Shown piece after piece: positions 9,328 through 17,600 of a stretch of 62,901 nucleotides of DNA. The stretch comes from a virus. Taxonomy: Duplodnaviria; Caudoviricetes. Below the pieces are notes generated by a model, which was not told where the DNA came from, did no database searches, and was given only the letters and a program-made list of their open reading frames with translations. The stretch is taken from the IMG/VR virus record IMGVR_UViG_3300025120_000044, positions 1 to 62,901 of that record; one strand, 5' to 3'. Position 1 is the first letter of the stretch. Each line of letters starts with the position of its first letter. The translations under genes were made by a program, and so were the position numbers.

Positions 9328-10433
9328 CCTGATCCTTGTGTAATCGTTATAGTAGAGTCGCCCCCACCGTTTACTAACACTTGTTGTGTCTTACCATCCT
9401 GTAATAATATTATAGTATAGCCCTGCGATATGTTTAAGGTCAACTTAGTAGCCTGTGTCACTGCCCGTTCTAAAATAAGAGTATCGTCTTGTGTAAAAGT
9501 TGTTATCTGGGTAGTTAAGTCTTGGCCAAAGTTTGTACCCTGGACTAAAGAACCTGTAGCAAGAGCTTGATCCCCTAACGTGTCTAACTCTTGTATAACT
9601 GCAAGCAAGTCTTCAAAGAAGTTTACATCTAAGTAGTTTATATCGAGCTCACTAAATTCAAGAGAGTCTTCTGCTAAGTAATCAAACTTTAAGTCTTCAA
9701 ACTCCAGGTAGTCTATATCTAATATTGCACCACTATTTGCGGACGTTGTGGATATCTCTGTGGATAACTTTGATTTGTCCGGAGGACTTACAATCAGCAT
9801 GTTATCTATTATGTCTAACGTTAAATCTAAAATAACAGGTTTGCTTGGCGTAGACTCAAACACATTAACAGTCGTAGCTTCATAAGGCTTGTTTAGTGTT
9901 ACTGTACCCATTGCGGTAGTAACAAGTATCTCACCACTAGATACCCCGTTAGCATCTGGTAATAATATAATAAGGGACCGGCCTAGCTCATCTACTGTAC
10001 AAGTAAAATCTGTACCTCTTATCGCTATATCTGCCGTAGGTGTGGATAACGAGATGTTCTTTTTATCTATTTTTCCTAGCTTACTACTAACAAAACGTGC
10101 TGTGCCGTTAGCAAAACGCAAAGCCATCTTACCTTTAGATGGGTCAGGGTCATATACATACTCAGTAATTACAAGTTTTGAATGTTCTGTTAATCGGACA
10201 ATAGAGTCGTCCAGGAAGGTAATGCCTACACGTCCGTTAGTTGTACGAACGTCATCCATTTGTTGAATGTCGAAGTCTAACCTAGCACCATAAGGTTGAT
10301 CCCTTAGTACGCTAGCGTCTCCTTTTAGTTCTGATATACCACCAATATTAACAGCCGGTACTTGTTCCGCCGTCGTTTTGTATGACACAGACAGTACCAG
10401 AAGAACCAGTAGAAATAATTTTAAGCCAGTCAT
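9324..10433 (-). CDS. Secreted FecR-domain protein
   Basis: Signal peptide; D.VRT..GRVGITFLDDSIVRLTEHSKLVI...G..RF...TPTADIAIRGTDF FecR signature; acidic C-terminal region. Confidence 0.85.
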   Translation of the reverse strand: MTGLKLFLLVLLVLSVSYKTTAEQVPAVNIGGISELKGDASVLRDQPYGARLDFDIQQMDDVRTTNGRVGITFLDDSIVRLTEHSKLVITEYVYDPDPSKGKMALRFANGTARFVSSKLGKIDKKNISLSTPTADIAIRGTDFTCTVDELGRSLIILLPDANGVSSGEILVTTAMGTVTLNKPYEATTVNVFESTPSKPVILDLTLDIIDNMLIVSPPDKSKLSTEISTTSANSGAILDIDYLEFEDLKFDYLAEDSLEFSELDINYLDVNFFEDLLAVIQELDTLGDQALATGSLVQGTNFGQDLTTQITTFTQDDTLILERAVTQATKLTLNISQGYTIILLQDGKTQQVLVNGGGDSTITITQGSG

Positions 10434-11058
10434 TATCTAGTGTACTCTGTTGTTGTATGTTAAATGTTCTTGAACTTCCTGTTTGATCTAGGTAAAAATA
10501 CCCGCCGGCATATCCTGAGCCGTCAAATGTAACATTGTTAGAGTCACCGTCTACATCTACGTAAGATGTACCGCCATCATAGTTAATATCAAAATCAAAT
10601 GTATTACTAGAACCATTGATAATCCAGTCTAGGTCTAAAGTAGCAGCAAGTGCTGATGTGCCTACATTTAAAGTAAAGTCGTTGCTGTCACCTGTAACAT
10701 CTACATTGAAGTCACCATTGTCAGCTCCGTAGGTATTAGTAGGGTCTACTTGGATAGTGAAGTCATTACTGTCTCCATCAAACTCAAAAAAACCTGTAAA
10801 GTTATCAGCTAAGATGTCTCCTAAAAAGGTATTAGAACTACCTATTTGGTTTATATCTAAAGTCATAGTGCCTCCGTCGAGGTCAAGAAAAGTCATCGAA
10901 CCAGCGGTAGCGTTTAGCCCACCTATGATATTTCCAGAGCCTAATTGTTCTAGGTCTAAGTTTAGTGTGGCACCAGCCTGGTCTACATATATCTCGTTAT
11001 CAGCCGCGTATAGCGGTAACACAAGCATCATCGCAATCAATATTTTTAAATTTTTCAT
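10348..11058 (-). CDS. Secreted curlin-like (CsgA/CsgB-like) repeat protein
   Basis: Signal peptide ending LYA-ADNEIYVDQAG; about 8 imperfect repeats of (Q/D/N/T)-x-G-(S/D)-S-N-x-F-x-h; directly downstream of csgG. Confidence 0.7.
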   Translation of the reverse strand: MKNLKILIAMMLVLPLYAADNEIYVDQAGATLNLDLEQLGSGNIIGGLNATAGSMTFLDLDGGTMTLDINQIGSSNTFLGDILADNFTGFFEFDGDSNDFTIQVDPTNTYGADNGDFNVDVTGDSNDFTLNVGTSALAATLDLDWIINGSSNTFDFDINYDGGTSYVDVDGDSNNVTFDGSGYAGGYFYLDQTGSSRTFNIQQQSTLDNDWLKIISTGSSGTVCVIQNDGGTSTGC

Positions 11059-11860
11059 CTATACTCCAATAGCCTGCTTTTGTACCTTCCTTGATTATCT
11101 GCAGAACTGCTGTTTCTATGGCGGCTCTTAAAGCCAATCCTCCGGACTCGTTTCTTACAACACCACTCTCTATCTCGACTAGTTCTGTATTATCAGAAAT
11201 AAATCGAAAAACATCGTTACTTAATGAGGCACTTAGTATTGTCTTTGTTACTAATGTCTCTAGTAAAACTTTTCCTGATGTAACAGACACTAATCTAAGT
11301 TGTACTGTTACCGAATCTCTTCTGTAAGCTTTGGTTGCGCCAAGGCCTAAGTAACGTGCTCCGGCACCTCCAGATGTAACGTTACCCTCATATCCTATCA
11401 CACCTCCCTCTATAATTAAACCAGCGAACAAAAGGGCCCCTAGTTCTGCGCCCTCATCTTTTTGTTCTCTAGTGCTTCGTATGATCTGACGTTCCTTAGT
11501 TAAGTTATCGAGGCCTACTCTCTCTACTACCGTGAAAAATCCACCGTTATCAGAACCAGCCTTATGCAAAGCTCTTATAAGATAAGCACTTGGGAGTTGT
11601 GTTATAGCAGTAGAGAAAGAAGCATAGCTTGAATTACTTAGTCTTTGTCCGGTTTGGTCTGTAAAACCTGTAGGGTATACAGCTACTACGGGTTGTCGTT
11701 TTGGTATGCCAACAGAAGCAAGATTAGATACTGCTAGTGTTTCTATTTGTGCATTTTCTATTCTTTGAATTGGACCTAGGTTGTTTTCTATGGGGTCAAA
11801 AATTAAAGAAGCGCAGCTAGAAAGTAAAGCTACCGATAGGAATTTGGATAATTGTTTCAT
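11000..11860 (-). CDS. csgG: Curli secretion channel lipoprotein CsgG
   Basis: Lipobox LLSSC; VAVY..F.DQTGQR, FSTAITQ, F.VVERVGLDNLTKERQIIRSTR, IIEGGVIGYE.N..SGGAGARYLGLG...YR.D.VTVQLRLVSV.SG.VL. Confidence 0.93.
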   Translation of the reverse strand: MKQLSKFLSVALLSSCASLIFDPIENNLGPIQRIENAQIETLAVSNLASVGIPKRQPVVAVYPTGFTDQTGQRLSNSSYASFSTAITQLPSAYLIRALHKAGSDNGGFFTVVERVGLDNLTKERQIIRSTREQKDEGAELGALLFAGLIIEGGVIGYEGNVTSGGAGARYLGLGATKAYRRDSVTVQLRLVSVTSGKVLLETLVTKTILSASLSNDVFRFISDNTELVEIESGVVRNESGGLALRAAIETAVLQIIKEGTKAGYWSIDEKFKNIDCDDACVTAIRG

Positions 11861-12359
11861 TTCCTTCTGCGTCCACTATGGTTAAAGTTATTATGCCGTC
11901 CAATACACTATAGGTAATAGTATTACCCTCTAACTCAATTGTACCATTGTCACTTGGTGTTTCTCCAAACAAAGCTTCTACTAACTGCCTAGACAACTGA
12001 GCATATATCCTCGATTCTAAATTACGGATAAACCTAGCTAGTGTTGTGTTTTCCTTATCTCTTTCTATTTGATCTTGTAAAGCTTTAATCTCTGCTTTAA
12101 TAGACATTTTTCTTGTGTACTCAACGTTGTCTATAGTCAGATAGTGGCTAGAAGTATTTTCTCCGCTAAAAGAGGGTGACTTAAATTTATGAGTCATTTG
12201 GTCTGCTCGTAAGTTCTGTGTCAGTATGCCTATAATTAAAGCAACTCCTACAGCCATAACAAACCATATAAGTTTATCTTTTTCAGCTTCTTCTTTTGCT
12301 CTTTGTATATCAAGCTTGCTTGGTCTACCTACTTTTCTTTTAATCTTTTCTTTGGTCAT
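11817..12359 (-). CDS. csgF: Curli assembly protein CsgF-like
   Basis: Hydrophobic signal then A-DQMTHKFKSPSFSG, F..NLESRIYAQLSRQL, and a beta-rich C-terminus ending I.IP; adjacent to csgG. Confidence 0.85.
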   Translation of the reverse strand: MTKEKIKRKVGRPSKLDIQRAKEEAEKDKLIWFVMAVGVALIIGILTQNLRADQMTHKFKSPSFSGENTSSHYLTIDNVEYTRKMSIKAEIKALQDQIERDKENTTLARFIRNLESRIYAQLSRQLVEALFGETPSDNGTIELEGNTITYSVLDGIITLTIVDAEGNETIIQIPIGSFTF

Positions 12360-12690
12360 TTCTATCTGCTTTAGCTATCTTGTTGCTATCAATAAGCTGC
12401 GGCACTCCTAAAATAGTTTTAATTAACGTGTCTTGTCTAATGATTTCATTGTCTAAACTACGTATTCTATCTATTAATGCTACTAGTATTCCGTGCTGTG
12501 AGTCAAGTTTTGTACCTAGTCTAAGTTCCATAGCGGTTATTTGTTCTGCTACTTTTTCATCGACTACGTCTAATTTAGTCTCCATACCGTCGACTATTCG
12601 CATTATTAATTGATATATAAACCAACCTAGACCTAACGCTGCTGCTATAGGAAAACCAACCTGCTGGATAACAGTTACGATATCACTCAT
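12340..12690 (-). CDS. Single-TM coiled-coil membrane protein (holin/YvrJ-like N-terminus)
   Basis: IQQVGFPIAAALGLGWFI TM segment followed by a coiled coil; overlaps the csgF start. Confidence 0.5.
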   Translation of the reverse strand: MSDIVTVIQQVGFPIAAALGLGWFIYQLIMRIVDGMETKLDVVDEKVAEQITAMELRLGTKLDSQHGILVALIDRIRSLDNEIIRQDTLIKTILGVPQLIDSNKIAKADRNDQRKD

Positions 12691-13172
12691 TCTTTGTCGC
12701 TAGTATTGGAGGCCCCAAAATAAAAGGATATGACTGCGGATGCTAAACCACCTAAATAGCCTAGCACTAAATTAATTAGGGCCTCGCTGTTTTGTTCGGG
12801 TGGTTGTAGGGTAACTAAAAATATATAACCCATAAACCCACCTACGACTGCTATACCCATAATACGGGCGGTCCAGTCTTTAGAAAAATGCTTACGTGCG
12901 TCTTGTTTTTCTTCTGCCTCAAGTTTGTAGATATCTACATCAAGCTGTTTCATCTTTGCTTCAAAGTCTGCTTCAGCTTTTTTAATTTCTAATAATTGTT
13001 CTGGGGTTGCTGCAGCTATGCCTTTTTCTAAAGCTGCTGGAGTATTTTCTACGCCTAAAACTTTTGATATAACATCACCCGCCATACCACCCAATGGGCC
13101 ACCTAGTGCAGTTCCTAATGTTGGAGCTACGCTCCCTACTATGTTAGCTAATAACTTCTTCATATTTTCCAA
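12687..13172 (-). CDS. Putative holin (3TM family)
   Basis: APTLGTALGGPLGG glycine zipper, D..ARK, two TMs and the SFYFGAS terminal motif. Confidence 0.65.
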   Translation of the reverse strand: MENMKKLLANIVGSVAPTLGTALGGPLGGMAGDVISKVLGVENTPAALEKGIAAATPEQLLEIKKAEADFEAKMKQLDVDIYKLEAEEKQDARKHFSKDWTARIMGIAVVGGFMGYIFLVTLQPPEQNSEALINLVLGYLGGLASAVISFYFGASNTSDKE

Positions 13173-13566
13173 GCTTTAACAGCTCCTCCTTGTTTGCTAA
13201 GTGCTCCGCTTCAATATCATCTTTGCTTTGGCCTGTGTAAGCAACAGCAAGATAATTATTAATAAGCGCTTGGTTTAGATCTACGTCATCTGCAACGATA
13301 ACGCCTAGAACTCTGCCGAACTTCCCTTTCTTGTCTAGTTTTGTTTGTATGACTAAATTGTCAGCGTGTAAAATACTTGTAGATAAAAATTGAGAAGCCA
13401 ATTTTCCTCTAGCTTTTTCGTCTAGGTCACGTGTTCGTGATTCTGGTGTGTCGATCCCATATAAACGTACACGAGATTTATAAACTATATCAAAGCCCAA
13501 ATCTATTTCAGCATCTACGGTATCACCGTCTACAACTCTGGTTATATTACATCTATACTCGTACAT
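13144..13566 (-). CDS. Thermonuclease (SNase-like)
   Basis: RVVDGDTVD, RVRLYGIDTPE, GKFGRVLG, LN..L.....A..Y. Confidence 0.88.
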   Translation of the reverse strand: MYEYRCNITRVVDGDTVDAEIDLGFDIVYKSRVRLYGIDTPESRTRDLDEKARGKLASQFLSTSILHADNLVIQTKLDKKGKFGRVLGVIVADDVDLNQALINNYLAVAYTGQSKDDIEAEHLANKEELLKLGKYEEVIS

Positions 13567-13757
13567 TACTTACCCACTTTAGATTGTGCTTTTTTATGAG
13601 CTTGTCTCATAGTGTCGCCCGAAAGCATACGCCTTTTCATAAACTTCATATGCCCAGCAGTATGGTGCTTGGAATGCCTTTTAAGAGATGCCTCTTGTCT
13701 TTTAGTAAGAGCTTTTTTCTTTATAGGTTTTTTTGCTGTTTTTCGTTTATATGCCAT
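13566..13757 (-). CDS. Small basic protein
   Basis: 63 aa, K/R/H-rich; stop overlaps the next start (TAATG). Confidence 0.6.
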   Translation of the reverse strand: MAYKRKTAKKPIKKKALTKRQEASLKRHSKHHTAGHMKFMKRRMLSGDTMRQAHKKAQSKVGK

Positions 13758-13768
13758 GTCTTATATTA

Positions 13769-14098
13769 TCACGTTCCGTCCATTTCTGCATAGCCATAAA
13801 GCTGCCAGGTATAAAAGCCATCTAGGTCTGCAGTGGTTGTACCTGCTTTAAACCAATCTATTTGTTGTTGTTCTGTAACATCTCTACAAGCAACAAAAGA
13901 ATCTGGCAACGCACCTTTCAAAAGTGAATGATGAGCTAGTGCACGTTCTTCTCTTGTTGTTATAGTTTTAGTGTTGTCAGCCTGATCTATAGCTGTGATA
14001 TCTACAACTACTGAATCAACCACAGGTACTCCTGTTTCTGTTACAGCTACAGTTCTACTTACAAAAGCATAAGTATAATTAAAATTATGCAGTGCCAT
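13769..14098 (-). CDS. Hypothetical tail-fibre-associated protein
   Basis: ORF in the contiguous late operon downstream of the tail fibre. Confidence 0.5.
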   Translation of the reverse strand: MALHNFNYTYAFVSRTVAVTETGVPVVDSVVVDITAIDQADNTKTITTREERALAHHSLLKGALPDSFVACRDVTEQQQIDWFKAGTTTADLDGFYTWQLYGYAEMDGT

Positions 14099-14618
14099 CT
14101 AATACTCCAGCTAAAGCTCTTCGGCTGTTTGGGTATACACCTTTGCAATACATATCTCTCCAGTAGTTATAAGAACTAGGTGCTTCGTTGTATTGTACTT
14201 TGTACAACCCTGAAATAATTTGTTGGCTTGTAACGGTTTCATCTAGTGTTACGACACTGTTTTCTGTTTTTCTATAACTTTGCCAAGTTCTTAATTTATA
14301 AAAAGATTCAAAGCCGCCTTGGTATGTAAAAGTGTTGTTTACATAAAAAATATCTACGAGTTGTTTGTGTTCAAACCCTAAGCGAATACCTTCTCTTAAT
14401 AGATTTTTTAATTCTGTGTTAGTTGTAATCGAACCTGTTACTATTATATCTGCGTCCCAAGTCTCAGTATTAAATAACGCATCCCCTGCTAAATAATTAT
14501 AACTGTCAAAACCTGCTACCTTTTTAAAGTCATCATACCAAGCATTTAGCTTAGTCTTATCTGGCCTTTCCCAAGGCGTAGTTGTTGTTATATCGCCTAT
14601 TGTAAATGAAAAACTCAT
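14085..14618 (-). CDS. Hypothetical protein, possible Pol-beta-superfamily nucleotidyltransferase fold
   Basis: YLAG...TWDADIIV (G-x8-DxD) and a later VDIF; weak resemblance. Confidence 0.4.
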   Translation of the reverse strand: MSFSFTIGDITTTTPWERPDKTKLNAWYDDFKKVAGFDSYNYLAGDALFNTETWDADIIVTGSITTNTELKNLLREGIRLGFEHKQLVDIFYVNNTFTYQGGFESFYKLRTWQSYRKTENSVVTLDETVTSQQIISGLYKVQYNEAPSSYNYWRDMYCKGVYPNSRRALAGVLDGTA

Positions 14619-17600
14619 TAGCTTGGGCCTCCTCCGCCACCGCCACCGCCGCCGCCGGTAGATGTAGTAGTAACTTTAAAGTCATCTGTTATATCTGTAA
14701 TAGTTAGTGTAGCAGTTCTAGCAAGACCCGCACTACTTGCGCTTGTTACTCGTAGAGAAATAGTGTCACCTGATTGAACAGTAGCTGAGCCTGTTACATA
14801 AGTGCCGCTGTTTATACTCATCTTAGCAGTGCTGTCACCAGTAAGTACAGCTGTACCACCAGAAAATCCATTCCCTGAAAGCGTTATGGTATTAGATGTA
14901 AACACTGTATTTTGTGCAACACTACTTTGATTACTAAATGTAAATTGAGAAGGTTGGTTAAGTGCAAGTCTCTGGAATGCATATTCTACTTTTGTTAAAA
15001 ACCTAGTTCCGCCGTCGCCTTGGGCATGTATATATACATGAGCAGGGGCACTAGTACCACTTCTTTTTATAAAGGTAACTGGTATCTGGGCTATAGCAGT
15101 AGTAGTTTGGAACCTAGCTATACCAGCCCAAAACTCTGCTCTATTAGAATGATATTGTAATCCTCCAATATCGGTCATAGGCAGAGCGCTGCCGTATACA
15201 CCTAAATCAATACTGTTCGGGTTATTATCGTATGCATCAGCTGCTCCCGACAGTTGTGTACCTGAACCAGTTGCTGAATAAGTACCGTCTCCACAACAAA
15301 TACTTAAAGATTTAACTTGGCCAGTACCACCAAAGACTCTTACATAGCCCATATAAATACCACGTTCTGTTCCTATTTCTCCTACCTGAGCTAGTCTCAT
15401 GTCGTTGTTAGCGAAGCCACCAATAGTACTACCTGATACAACTCTATTTATAGTAGGTAGTACAAGATCAGTAACATTAATACGGTCAGCATTAATTAAA
15501 CCAGTCGTGATACGCGAACCGTCGATCGTGGTTGATCCACTCGAACCTAGGTCCGAAGACACTATGAGGTCTGAATCTAAAAATGCGGCATCAATATTGC
15601 CTGTGGTTATATTACCCCCGTGTATTACTGTGCTGGTATTAGCAGATAGGTCCGTAGATTTTATAAACTGAGCATCGATACGTGCAGCATTTATAGTACC
15701 TGCTGTTATACGTGCAGCATCCATACCGCCAGTTGTAATCTTGTCCGCTGATAACGTCCCAACCTTTGCATTGGTTATAGTACCGTCCTTAATTCTAGCT
15801 GTGTCTATATATACAACACCCGAGTCCACAATAAATGGAGCTACAGAGTTAGTAGAAGAAGCACCCGACCCATCCCATATAGCAAACTTGTCTGCCTGGA
15901 ACTGTACGGCTGTACCCGTACCAGAGTCAGAAGCATTAGCTTCAATAACCATACCAGCAACAGCACCGTTAGCATTTACTTGCAGTACATACGCTGCAGC
16001 TGCATTGCCTTCTATGTCCGTAACAGCTGAAGATAGAGCAGTAACACTGGCGTTTGTAGTTACATCACGTATAAGCACCCAGTTGCTGCCATCCCACCTA
16101 TATTGTTTATTACTGTCGTTTGTATCAAACCAAATATCACCTGTGTTTATGGCCGTTGGTGGGTCGTTTTGTGTAAATACTCTTGGGTAATTATCATTAG
16201 CTGTATCTCTGACCGCGACCCAGTTGCTACTTCCTGTGCCAGTAGCTCTGTACAATTTATTAGCATCATCACTATCTATCCATAGATCACCTGCTGCTAA
16301 CGCATTAGGAGCACTTGTTCCTATAAAGGTTTTGTTTTTTGTAGCAATAGAAGCATTGACTCCGGTTATTGCCGCAGCTCTTGCACTTGTTTCATCAGAG
16401 ATAGCTGTCTGATTAATAGTTATATCTGCAGCGTTGCCATCTACATCTGTTCGCAGATTTGATATAAGAGTGGCATGAGCCGAGGTTAAACTGTCTCTTA
16501 TACTTTGCCAGTTACTGCCATCCCATCTGTATAATTGTTTGTCATCTGTATCTACCCACAAGTCCCCTATTGTAAGACCCGAAGCACCAGGTGCAGTTGC
16601 TTGACTAAAGTTCACAGGTATAGCAGTTACAGTAGTTTCTAATTGGCTAACAGCATTAGCAGTTGCAGCTACACCAGTTGTGCTATGGTCTACAGTAGTC
16701 TCTAAAGCATCTATTTTAGTAGAAGTAGAGCCACTTAAGCCTACGGCTGTAGATAAATTAGATACAGCAGTGGCATTTGCAGCTACTCTTGTATCTACAA
16801 CGGCTACCCAAGCGCTACCACTCCATCTATATTGTTTATTAGCATCATCTGTATCAAACCAAAGGTCGCCTTCTTGTGATCCAGTAGGCTGTGATGTTTG
16901 AGCGTGGACCGTGATCCCTGAAGTATCGTTCACGGCCACCCAGTTGCTATTACCAGCTGCAGTTGCACGATACAGTTTATTACTGTCGTCTGTATCTATC
17001 CATAAATCACCAATAGAGATGGCAGTCGGTGCTGAAGTAGATACAAAGGTTTGTGTTTTAGTATTTACTGTACCTGATAAAGAAGTAATAGAGCTATTTG
17101 TAGCAACTATATCATCTTCGTTATCTTCTACCCTTGAAGTTAAAAGACCTACTGCAGTGTTTATAGCACCTACTCCAGTTGTGCCATTATTAACTGTAGT
17201 TTCTAAGTTAGTTATTTTAGTAGAACTTGAACCAGACAAACCTACAGCTGTAGATAGACTAGATATAGCGGTTGCGTTAGAAGTTAAACGTGTGTCATCA
17301 ACAGCTACCCAGGCACTGCCGTTATAGCGATATTGTTTATTGTTATCATTAGTGTCAAACCACAAGTCACCTGCATTTACTCCTGTAGGTTCATTGTCTT
17401 GTGAATGTATAGCTATACCAGAAGTATCGTTTACGGCTACCCAGTTACTACTACCGACCGCAGTTGCACGATACAACTTATTGTTATCGTCTGTATCTAT
17501 CCAAAGGTCGCCAATAGCTGTAGCAGTTGGTGCTGAAGTTCCTACAAAGGTTGTTACTTTACCGTCTGCTTTTGCATCTGCAGTAGCTGCGTTTGACAAT

